Of a stretch of 64,000 bases of DNA, positions 1-11,400 are shown piece by piece. The position numbers were made by a program, and so were the translations under genes. The notes under the pieces were generated by a model. The model did not search any database. It had not been told where the DNA came from and saw only the letters and a program-made list of their open reading frames with translations. Each line of letters starts with the position of its first letter. Position 1 is the first letter of the stretch. The stretch spans positions 18,166,001 through 18,230,000 of the forward strand of contig NW_024704747.1 of the NCBI RefSeq assembly GCF_018977255.1. The letters are read 5' to 3'. Source of the DNA: Callorhinchus milii. Taxonomy: Eukaryota.

Positions 1-114
1 GGGGACATCAACAAACCCAAGCAAAGAAGAAACCAGTTTTCAGAGTGAGACCTTCTCTGAGTCATTGGGGGTGATGGTAGGGAACGTGGAAAGGGCAGGG
101 GATTTTCAACGGAG

Positions 115-323
115 TGTCTGACATACATGGAAACCCAGTATCGTGCTTAAGAGTCTCCAAACCAAACTGGAAATTTCCATTTGCCTAGAATGGAGAGCAC
201 ATTCTCATCCTGGAGGGCCATACCTTGCTCAGAGCAGGGAGATGGGACTAAATGGATAGCACATTGCCAGATGGACCAAATGGACCTCTTCTGTACTGTA
301 AAATTCTATTCTATTATTCTATG
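115..323 (+). mobile_element. Old retroposon 3' end with CR1-type tail
   Basis: Ends gatggaccaaatggacctcttctgtactgtaaaattctattctat..ttctatga; 5' part related to 1259-1395 (+) and 41130-41267 (-). Confidence 0.55.
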
Positions 324-1258
324 AAATGCTTCCACCTGCTAAAAGCATTGCTGCAGTCGTCATACAATGTTACTGTTGCACACCTCCCTCTACAGAGGAC
401 TGTGGCTTGATGCTGCTCTGTGCTGGAGGCCCTGGGAAAACTCAAAAGATTTCACTGACCATCAGAGTCCCAAAATAGCCTTGTTATTGCCTTAAATTCA
501 GTTTCCCCAGGGGTTAGATATACTCCTATTTTCTAATTATTAGATATACTTTATATCAGGACATGCAGGTTGCAAAATTTGACCAATTTTCTTTAGTTCT
601 TCAAATAAAACCGAAGATACAGATTGAAAATTAAAGACTGTGCTTAAGAAATTCTGGAGCTCGCTTTGATCCGATGAACATGGATTGAAATCTTGTTGGC
701 ATGAATTTCTTGTAACGGCATTACTCATGCTTCGACCTAGATTTGAGGTGATATTTCTAAAGATTCCCATCTCGTCATTGTAGGGCCAATGTGACACACC
801 CACGACAATGAACCCTGCAGGTGTCTACAACACTTTCCAAGGTCTTTACTCTGTGTGGAGTCTCAACACATTTTTTTTGCAGGAATTAAAGGAATATAAA
901 ATGACAATGAAAATGAATTGTTTCTTACGCTGATCACACATCTCAAATGGCGTTGCTCACCTGAAGGAAAAACAAAACAGAGTACTGTTATTTCTTACTT
1001 GACTATTGGAACTTATGTCAAAGATCAGATATGAGCAAAGAAGCTTCTGTTTTGCCGTGTATTAATAATAATTATAATCCTTACATTTGGTAGAGTGCCT
1101 TTCACATCTCAAAGTGCTTCACAGAATATATTGTAAAGTGAATTTTCTGTGCGAAATGTGGCAGGCAATTGTATACAGCAATGTTATGGATTGAGTAAAC
1201 AATGTATTTATTTTGGAGGTATTATTACCCCCGGAAAGCTTTTTTTGGGGTCAGCCGG

Positions 1259-1395
1259 GTGTCTGACACATGCAGAAGCCCATTACTATGCTTAAGAGGA
1301 TCCAAACTAAGCTGAGATTTCCACGCATCCCACCTACACATGGAAATCCCAGAGATAGATTGTTGAAATGGAATGCACACTCTCTCCCTAGAGGA
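1259..1395 (+). repeat. Interspersed repeat fragment (second copy at 41130-41267, minus)
   Basis: The two copies give near-identical conceptual translations [29 protein letters not shown]. Confidence 0.7.
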
Positions 1396-2027
1396 ATGCA
1401 TCCTGCTTACCTAATTGCGGAAAGGATTAGGTGCCGGTTGGCAAGAGCCAAGGTTTGGGAATTCCAGAATGTGCATTGAGGTACTGCTGGAGTCTAATCA
1501 GCTAAAACCGCATAGCTGGCCATTGATATTGCTGTCCGGCAAGCTTTCCCACTGCTTGTCCAGCTAGGACCACCCTAACCGTTAGGTGTTTGGATTGCAG
1601 GGTTAACAGAAGCTGAGTGGGATGACTCTCTGCCCCCAATAATTGTTCTGCCCTTCAAGGTCCTGCCAATTAATCAAGTTATTCCAGGTCAGCAGTGCCG
1701 TGGAATACTGAAGGAAGATGATTTTGAACACACTGGCAGGTGTGTGTTATTTAAATTGTGCTCTCCAGTTACTGACTGACACAAAATATTTACCAATGGA
1801 AATTATTTCTCCCTATTGACTCTATTTTGCTTTTTGTTAAACAAAATCTTTAAGAATCTCTGCGGTTGAAATTGCACCTGTGTGAAGATTTACTCTATTT
1901 TCTTCTTGTACTCTATTCAATTTCTTAAATACAGCTTTAATTCTGTGAGTTTCTTTAAGAGCTGCAGGAAAGCCAACTGACTTCAAATTTAAGACTAAAT
2001 TCAACAATTTTCTGTGTTCCAAACGCT

Positions 2028-2510
2028 ACAACAACAACAAGAAGATTCCATTTATAGAGTGCCTTTCACGTCGGGAGGACGTCCCAAGGCGTTGTACAGT
2101 TGGGTCAGGACCCGAGCAGGGGGGAAATGGTCAGGGTGAGGGGAGGGAGGGAGCGAGGAGGGGGGAAATGGTCAGGGTGAGGGGAGGGAAGGGAGGGAGC
2201 GAGGAGGGGGTAGTGAGTTGAGAGGGGAGATGAAGGCACGGTCAAAGAGAAAGGTCTTGAGACCAGCCTTGAAGGAGGAAAGGGAGGAAGCGGCGAAGGC
2301 ACTGGGGGATAGAGTTCCAGAGCCTCGGGGCTGAGAGGCTGAAGGCCGGCCACCGATGGTAGGGCAGTTGGGGCGGGGGATGTGGAGCAGACCAGAGCCA
2401 GAGGAACGGAGGGTACGGGCAGGTAGGTAGGGGGATAGTAGGTCGGAGAGGTAGGAGGGAGCAAGGCCGTGAATGGCCTTGTAGGTGAGGGTGAGGATCT
2501 TGAATTCGAC
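2028..2510 (-). mobile_element. Young 5'-truncated L2-clade LINE
   Basis: RT C-terminal region (IEFKILTL..), 3'UTR, GGGACGTCCTCCCGACGTGAAAGGCACTCTATAAATG tail and (TTG)n. Confidence 0.85.
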
Positions 2511-2817
2511 AATAGCATAGCTTTAGCCTCAAGTGGCATTTCTCTTCATACCTTCATAGCATGAACCAAAGCTTAAAAAATCACTCAAGTAAAGGCAAAG
2601 ACTAAGAATTGAACTTACCGAAACTTCAGGGAGGTACTGACTGTAGTTTGCTGCTCTGCCGTTCTGAAGTTGTTTCAAATCAGCAAGTGCAGAAGTATTT
2701 ATTGAGAAAAATCAGCACCGAAACTAAATTACACCCTCTCTTCGTTCCTCCCTCGTCCTTTTGTCTTTTTAAACACTTACTGTAAGTGCTGACAACATTG
2801 CATGCAAAGATTAGGGT

Positions 2818-3527
2818 GTGGCCATATCCGCGCCACAACTGGCACCGCCTTCCATCACCTCCGGAACATTGCCAGACTATGGCACTACCTCACCCCTCAC
2901 GGTGCTGAAACTCTGGTCCACGCCTTTATCCCCTCAAGGCTGGACTATGGGAACTCTCCCCTCGCCGGCCTTCCCGGCACCTCTCTCCACAAGTTGCAGG
3001 TCATTCAGAACTTTGCAGCTCGTGTACTGTCCCGCACCAGGACCACATCACTCCCACCCTCGCTCGCCTTCACTGGCTCCCCATCCCCCAGAGGATCGAA
3101 TTCAAGATCCTCACCCTCACCTACAAGGCCATTCACGGCCTTGCTCCCTCCTACCTCTCCGACCTACTATCCCCCTACCTACCTGCCCGTACCCTCCGTT
3201 CCTCTGGCTCCGGTCTGCTCCACATCCCCCGCCCCAACCGCCCTACCATCGGTGGCCGGGCCTTCAGCCTCTCAGCCCCGAGGCTCTGGAACTCTATCCC
3301 CCAGTGCCTTCGCCGCCTCCTCCCTTTCCTCCTTCAAGGCCGGTCTCAAGACCTTTCTCTTTGACCGAGCCTTCAGCTCCCCTCTCTACCCCCTCCTCGC
3401 TCCCTCCCTTCCCTCCCCCTGACCATTTCCCCCTTGCTCGGGTCCTGACCCAACTGTACAACGCCTTGGGACGTCCTCCCGACGTGAACGGCGCTCTATA
3501 AATGGAATCTTGTTGTTGTTGTGTTGT
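2818..3527 (+). mobile_element. Young 5'-truncated L2-clade LINE
   Basis: [38 protein letters not shown] is the L2 ORF2 C-terminus; same tail and (TTG)n. Confidence 0.9.
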
Positions 3528-3679
3528 TATAAGTAAATTCCTCTGTGTTTTTAATTTTTTCATTGAATTGAGCTGCAGAAATCATCTTTAATTGCCAAAT
3601 CCAAGGCATTCTGGAATGCTATGCAAAAAGTAAATCTCGACTCAGGTGAAATTTCTCCCCTATCTTAATAAATAAAATA

Positions 3680-4032
3680 ATAATTATCCTTGCATTTGAT
3701 ATAGAATATTATTACGTTCTTGAGACGTCTCAAAGTGCTATACTTGTATATCTTGTGGACAAAACGCTGCAGACAATTATGCAAAGCAGTGTCCAACAAA
3801 CAGTCATGGTGACTTAATTTGTAAATTTTTTTTTGAGGGATTATAATAGTCCCATAACGTAGTGGTTAGCACACTCGACTTGTAAGTGAGAGGATCCTGA
3901 TTCGATCTGCCAATTGACTAACAACTGGGTTCCTATTTATTGCTAGATAAACAGGCGTGTGGAGTCAGGAAACTTGCCTATCAAACCAGGATCCTCTGCC
4001 TTATGAGGCGAGTGCTCTAACCACAATGCTAT
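3680..4032 (-). mobile_element. Diverged tRNA-derived SINE(s), head split by the LTR
   Basis: SINE tail at 3680-3740; head resumes after the LTR as ctatgggact (4712-4721); an extra plus-strand tRNA-like head at about 3848-3910. Confidence 0.7.
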
Positions 4033-4711
4033 TGTTAGAATTTACACTTTTTGTATGATGTTGGAATCATAATAGATGTTGCAAACGGGTTAACTTTTAA
4101 GTTAAGTGTGTTGTGGGTAGCTGGACTGAAATTCCCTGCACGTACACGAGATAATGGACTGTCTCAAGGACGGTGTGTTTGTGTGTGTGAGGCACGTACA
4201 CCCCATGAGGTGTTCACGTGAACCCAGCATGATTTTGACCAGATAATCTAATGTCTGCACCATGATTGGATGAACATTGGTATAAGAGTTCCGATAACTT
4301 TGTGTACGGGGCCGTCCCGGGTCGCGGAGACAGGGATACGGGAGATGGAGCCGTCCCGGGTCGTGGTGACAAGGATACGGGAGATGGGGCCGTCTCAGGC
4401 TGCAGAGACAAGGGTACGAAGATGGAAGACTGAGAGCTGGAAACACTAAGACTGAGGATATCAGATGGAAGATTGAAAGCTGTAATCAAGAAGACTGAAA
4501 GCATGAAGAATCAACACAGTGTTGAACTCTTGAACTCGAGATATCTATAGTGGTGTTATTCTGTTATAAGATCTGTTGATTGTACCGGCCTTTGGTCTGA
4601 CCCATCGGGATATTGGGGAATAACGAACGAATAATAATAAAATAGTCAGATATCTGGTTAGAGGAATTAGCGTTATTTCCTTACAGATTTGGCTGATTTT
4701 ATTTCCTAACA
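4033..4711 (+). mobile_element. Solo LTR (679 bp)
   Basis: TGTTAG...CTAACA termini; 4-bp TSD CTAT at 4029-4032 and 4712-4715; TATA-like at 4281; AATAAA near 4636; interrupts a SINE head. Confidence 0.85.
4308..4423 (+). repeat. 39-bp tandem repeat x3 inside the LTR
   Basis: GGGGCCGTCCCGGGTCGCGGAGACAGGGATACGGGAGAT and two diverged copies. Confidence 0.85.
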
Positions 4712-4794
4712 CTATGGGACTATTGTTTTAATTATAGTACATGTCATATAACAATGACCCATGGGAGCCTTGAAATGAATGATTAATCTTATTT

Positions 4795-5135
4795 AATAAT
4801 AATCCTTGCACTTGATATAGTGCCTTATCACGTCTTCAAGACGTCTTGAAGTGATTCACAGAAAATACTATAAAGTGAATTGACTGTATATTTCGTGGGC
4901 GAAACACGATATCCAATTTCACGCAGCAGTGTTCCACAAACAGTCGTGGAATGAAGGTCCAAATTATAATAAAATTTTTCAAATTTATTTTGAAGGGATT
5001 ATTACCCCCAGAAAGCGATCCGACAATCGACCAACATCCAAGTCGCAACTTACTGCCAGGTAAACAGAGGTACGTGGAGTAACTAAACTTTCCTAATGTT
5101 TCACCCTGCTTGCAAGGCGAGTGCTCGAACCACTA
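4795..5135 (-). mobile_element. Diverged tRNA-derived SINE
   Basis: Tail, central domain and partial head of the same family as 11737-12051. Confidence 0.7.
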
Positions 5136-6717
5136 AGCATCTGGATATCAAAATTAGGTGCACCGTCTCCGGTCCAGACATATTTTTAAAAATATATATA
5201 AAAAAGTTTTCTAATGCAGAGATTGGTGAAGGTGTGGTAAAAATGTGGAATAGACTGTCTGGGGAGGAGATGAGGACAGACTGTCAACCCATGCAATTAC
5301 AAAAATACAGTATTTAGCAATGATTTTGAAAGAAGGGCGTGAAGAGAGTAATGAAGAATTATTTCTTTAAAACCTTAAAACCGGCCAGATATTTCCATTC
5401 CTATGTCACCATTAAACCTTTTGTCTTAAGGGAAACAGGATTCAAGGACAGCTTTGCAGCACAAATAAAGATTAATATAAACAATACGCCTTGGGAGAAC
5501 ATCTTAAATTTCAAAGCATGGTAACTTTGCCAAGTCAGAAAATAACAATAATTGCTGTGTTTGGTGTTCAATTAGGGAGGATGACTCAAAGCACATCACG
5601 GAAATTATTGTAAATAGTGGTGACTGTGCAGTTTGTAAACAAATGCAGCAGACAATATGCATAATGCAAAAGACCTGTCTGTGAACCTGTCTGTTAAATC
5701 TTAAATGAAATCCCAGCTGAGCAAATAGAATCATTCATTACTGGGTGAGACAAGGGAGGGGGATCTTTACTGTCTCTGTCCTGCGCTGCAACTGCCTGGG
5801 AGTAGCAGACGGGACAAGGAAGAGGGAGATTCTTTCTCTCTGCACTGTGCTGCCACACTGAGGGAGAGTGCAGTATGTGTTTTTTTGACTCAGGACTTAA
5901 GGGGGCTGTATTTGTATTAACCTGGGATGTAAAGGGGGCGTCAAATGTATTTTATGTTGCTCGGGAAATTTTATATTTTCTTTCGACTCTGTAAGGGGGT
6001 AGGTGTTATGTATTTTTTTTGTTATTGGACGTAAGGAGTGTGTTACGTGTTTATATGGCTTGGGACGTAAGGGTGGGAGGTGCGTTATGTTTTAACCGGG
6101 TCTCGTCAAGACATATTGAATCACGGGAATTGTGGTATTGGCCCATTACCGCATGCACACTTTCCAACCGCATTGAATTCCTGAAGAGCAGTGTATTTTA
6201 GTGAATGAATCAGATTTCATGACATAGTTTGCCTGGAACTCAAAACTTTGTGTAAGTTATACTAAATGTTAGTCCTGACTGATACAATTAATGGGAGTTT
6301 TACTATAATAATTGAACATTTTGCCCTCTTCTTTTGAAGTCTTGACTCTTACCCAAGGAGTAATAGTTTCACAAGTGCAGTCAGCTCTGTAGTATTTTGT
6401 TCAACTCCCATTCTTCATTTATAAATGAAGTGAGTTATCAGTAGATTATTCGAGCTGGGGGAAGATTTATCAGTAGAAGAAAAACAATGAGCTATAGAGG
6501 AGATTCATTTTTTTTGTACAAAATTTGGTAACCACCCAACCTATATGTTGTCCTCTTTTTCCCCACTTATTCTGAGAATGGACTGGAAACCTGGCAAATG
6601 TTGATAAAATGGTTAAGTTTTTTTTTCAAAAATATTTTATACATTTCCATCAATGAAGATGAGATGCCTTACATTTTAAAAAAAAAGCACAAGGACGCAC
6701 TGACGGAGACAGTCATG

Positions 6718-7908
6718 TTTATTAAAACATCAATTTTACCTACAGTTAATTCTCAAAACTGAACAAGTAGAGGATATATGGTCACCAGCTATGGAATAGG
6801 ATTTTAATATCACAAGGGAACCTTGCTTTGTATTTCAACGAGCAACAAGTTTGTTATGCTGGTCAGATTCACAAGTGGTAGAAAACACATAGCCAAGCCC
6901 TCCTCAGACTAATTTGATTACACTAAAGGCTGACCATTAGACCTGACCCAAAGGAAAAGTTCACAGCACTGCTTTGTTGTTGTTGTTGTATGCAGCCAAT
7001 GGATTTAGAAGTAGAAACTATAGAATATTGACAACACAAGCTTAAGACTTAGTGCCAGCAAAATACTACTTTATGAACTCACCTCCATTCAGCTGAAGGA
7101 ATTATTGAACACTTAATATGTAGCCTATTGCATTCTAATAAAGGAGAGTGGGAAAGAAAGCCAATCTTAAAACACCTGCACTATAAGCTTGGTCTGAAGA
7201 TGTTGAAAAAGATTTAATCTTAAATGGACTTTACTGTACCATACATAGTTGGTAACCATGTGCTCGATTCAGTTTTTGTTTTTGAGAAGGTTTATGACCT
7301 ACCCATTCTCTCCTGCTCCCCCTTCCCCGCTCCCCCTCCCCCATGGCACTTTATGCCGCAGCTCCAAAGACCAGAAACTATTATACAACATTTTTATTAA
7401 AATGCCATTAACAGTCTTGTGAAAGTAATCACATGACTCAGCACACTACACTTAACATTTGGCCAGCTAAACATCTCAAAAGGTTTCAGAAACTGATCCA
7501 AGTCAGTTTGGGATATTGATCTCAGTTTTGAGTTAATTTTACTGCTGAGAGCTGATTTCTGCTCCAGATTGTTCTACAGGCCCTGATTGAGATCTTTCTC
7601 ACGAAATGAAGAATCTCACAGAAATTTGGCTTGCAGGTTGATTATGAAGATCTTTCAAACTAGAAACAACCTCAATAGAGCTTTCTGTACAACATTCTAC
7701 TTACATTATGTTAGCGTAAAAAAAACATGCAAAGTGAATCATATTTCTTTAAAAGTAGAAAAGGTAAATTTGATAATGTAATGATTTGTGGGGAAATTAA
7801 ACTGCCACACCTGTTTGAAAACCAGTTTTTTTTTTAACATGTACCTCCCTCAAAAAATAACATGAGAAATATAAACTGGATTTAGATTTTTTTATATAAG
7901 CGTTTATT
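6718..7908 (-). terminator. Candidate tandem polyadenylation signals of SF3B1
   Basis: Minus-strand AATAAA at 7903-7908, 7393-7398 and 6718-6723, downstream of the stop; which is used is unknown. Confidence 0.55.
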
Positions 7909-8257
7909 TTTTTAATAAGAAACAACCCCTCAACACAAGGAATGAAACCTAAATCTCAATAAAGACAAATTCAAATGAACGAGTATTCATTGTCCTGTTG
8001 GTCACTAGAATTAGTTACTTAACATCAAGAACAAGTAATGAGACAGATTTACAGACTTGGAAGTCCCATTAAAAGTAAAATCGTGCTACTCGCCCTAGCC
8101 ACTTTCTACTGTCGAGTCTGCTCCAACAAGATGATCAGATTTTAAATTCAAACTCTCATAGTTCACATTCGAAGCACAGCACAAGGTTCAATAACCAGTG
8201 CAAATACAACGCAGCAAAATAGACAACAAAGACAACGCAAAGAATGTTAACCCCATT

Positions 8258-8416
8258 TTATAAGATGTAATCAAGTTCATAACGGATATGTGTATTCTTT
8301 TCATCATTGAAGATCCTTGGATAATGTGCAATTAAGGCATCCTGTGAACCGATGTAAATGGAGTTGTAGATCTTCCAGTACACATCACGCACTTTTCTGG
8401 CTGGGTGGAACAAGCC
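8258..8416 (-). CDS. SF3B1: SF3B1 exon 25 (coding part, to stop)
   Basis: [29 protein letters not shown], 159 nt. Confidence 0.97.
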   Translation of the reverse strand, partial: GLFHPARKVRDVYWKIYNSIYIGSQDALIAHYPRIFNDEKNTHIRYELDYIL

Positions 8417-11400
8417 CTATCAAAAAAGAAGAAAAAGACTATTTTTTAAGAGACCAATAGAAGTTTCAGGACTGAAAAAAGTCCTTGAAACTTAGAAATT
8501 ACACAGCCTTGAAATCAGGAGTAAAGAAAAGTACTTTAATATTCCAACAACATTTTGCATTTATATAGCACCATTCATGCAAGGTAGCGTCCCAGAGTGT
8601 TTCATTCCAAAACAGTAGAACAAGAGGAACAGCTTTAAAGGGTAATTTTTGAGCCACAATTACAACAACTTGCATTGACAGAGCACCTTCATGTGAGTAG
8701 CACCTGATTGCTTAACAGTGGTTTGGTTTGACACCAAGCTGGAAAGGGAGGGGGAATAAAGCAATTATTTTCTTTATAGAAGCTAATGAACACTTGAAAT
8801 GGATTACCAAAAATAATGGTTGAGGCTTGGTCATTTGACTCATTTAAGAAACGACCTGGAACTGTAATAGGAAAATGGCATGGTTGGTATTCCAGCAGGA
8901 GACCGTCCAAACTGGGCCAAAAAACTTCATCTGAACCTCTCTTATGATCTGATTTTTTTTAAAAAAGGCAACAGTGTGGTGGCATATCAACATAGTGTGT
9001 CAAAAAGCACGAGAAATGTTAATTGCTACAATTGTCCACACATGAATGTCCAATTGAAGCTAGGAGAAGGCTGGCAAAGGAACTTCCCTAATTAGACCAC
9101 TTTGGATGAGACCCACAGGCCTTTCTCAAATAGTGCTTCAATGAGTCTGGTCAATGTGATAAGGTGCTATATCAAATGCAAGGATTATATTGCAACAAAA
9201 ACATACATGGTTGTAAAAAGAGTAATGAACTTACCTGCAGACAATACTGCAGCATTCTGCAAGGGCCTAATGCAACCCTTAGGCCCTCCAATGCCCCCAT
9301 AACAGCCTGAATAACATGTGGTGATGTCTCAAAAACATTGGGCCATACATAGTTTAACAAGTGATTAAGGGCATCTTCACAGCCAAATCCATATACTCCC
9401 AGTGACATGTGCTGAACAACCGCACTAGCTGTCTGTCTGTGAACCAGGTCTCTGCAAGCGAGGAGGGGAAAGAAAACAATCTGGTTAGTACGTACAACAC
9501 TAATTCATTCAGGCTTTCACGACATGTGGATTTTAACAGAGGGATCAAAATATCAAAGATATTATTTGTTATTCTACATTGGGATTTTTCTTGTTTGCAC
9601 ATTACTTCTTTCTATTAGTAACTTTTTTGATTGGATGGAAGGAAGAGGATCTTGGCAAAACTCTTCGCTTAAAAGTTTATTGAATAGAAAGGAATTTCAT
9701 TTTTAAACACAGAATTAACAAGGGATTCCCAAAGGCCTTGCTGATTTTCCATATTGCACCAGAATTAATAATATTCAATTGTCCTTCAAATCAAGTGCCG
9801 TTTCTTCCCCAGAGGCATAAATAAAACAATCACAAATGCACCTGGAAGGTTTGCTTTGTGCATGTGGGTGTTGAGTGATCCCTTTGCATTAAAACATATG
9901 CCAACAGCATAATTTTTGTTAGAACTGAACTCACCTATCCATTAAAGCATCTTCAAGAAGTGGTGTAACAGCATAAATATAATCCTTTCCCATTTCTCCA
10001 ATGTACTCAAATAAGAATGAAAGAGATTTCAGCACACCATTCTGTACATTCAGTTCTGGAACCCTGTACTCGTTCATCAAAGCAGGCAGCACTGTGAATG
10101 GAGAACACGTTTCTGCCACAATAGCAATTGCTACTGTGGTGCACACTCTGTTCTGACGTTCCTGAACTTTCAGATTGTTCAGTAGTGTGGCCAACACATC
10201 ATGGGGCCTGGGAGGGGGGGGGGGGGGAAGAAAAAAAATCAAACAGTGAGTTGACAGATCACACATTGGAGATACTATTTAGACAGATGGTAAGTTATAA
10301 TCAAAAGTAGCTAGTTTCATTCTGTTCATCAAATATTTCAACACGGAATGTAAGTATCAGATGGAATTTAATTGATATTGGTATAATCTGCACAGTATTA
10401 GTTACTGGAACATGATATAATATCAATAGTAATATTATCCAGTTTGAAACAAAAACAGAAGTCGCTGGGAACACTCAGCAGTCAGGCAGCATCTATGGAG
10501 AAAGGAAAGTGAGTCAACGTTTCAGTTCCACGACCCTTCGTCAGTCTCAATTTCCTTTCTCCATAGATGCTGCCTGACCTGCTAAGTGTTCCCAGTGACT
10601 TCTGTTTTTGTTTTAGATTTCCAGCATCTGCAGTATTTTGCGTTTTTTTAAATACATTATTCAGTTTACCTGTTGGAACTATATTCTGCTTTTATGTTGA
10701 GGAATAATTTTTCCACTGTATGAATGAACACAAACAGTAGCTATACCACACTTTGTTCGAAAAGAAACTGGAAACCGATTAGGAACCCCATGATGCTGTG
10801 ACATCCTCACCCATCACTTACCCAATAGCTTTTGCAATGTAGCCAAACGTATTCACAGTTGCTCTTCGGATGGCTTTTTTGTGAGCCTTCAAAAGCTCCA
10901 GTAATTCAAAGCAGATCCTCATCCATTCACGAGCAGACACATATTCTGCACCTCTGCATAAAAGACAATTGATCTTTAGAAACTATGAAGCGAGACAACG
11001 GTGCCATTTCTGATCAGTGCTTCAATTACAGCTTCAAATCCATTGTTTTCCTTCATTTTACACTTCTCAAAATAATAATAAAGGTTTATGAAACAGTAAT
11101 CCATTTCCCAGAGTTATTAAGGTGTTATACATCATAAGGAGTTTTCATTTTATGTGTATTACTTAACATGAAAGACTGTCCATTTTTTGACATTAATATT
11201 TTCTGTCATGAATGACCACATCTCACATTTTTCTGCTACTTATCTAACCTTTGTGAAGTGAATGGTGCATTCCTTGATAAAGCAAAAATATAGAAAATAA
11301 CTGTTTAGTTAACATACCTGTCTGCAATTCGTCCAACTAGATCAATGCAATTCTCCTGAACCTTCTCATGCCTGTTCTTCAGGATTGGAGTGAGTCTTGG

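Noticed and set aside
1688-1739. Plus-strand 52-nt open segment bounded by cag and gtgtgt
   Set aside because: Weak splice signals and no partner exons identified
2105-3563. Long Pro/Ser-rich ORFs (144-227 aa); similar ones at 25209-25878 and 61404-62144
   Set aside because: Frames and antisense frames of GC-skewed, frameshifted L2 fragments, not host genes
4308-4423. 39-bp repeats as a CRISPR-like array
   Set aside because: No unique spacers, vertebrate context, and it lies inside an LTR
1-6500. ANKRD44, the expected left neighbour
   Set aside because: No recognisable ANKRD44 first exon or ankyrin-repeat coding sequence; presumably outside the window
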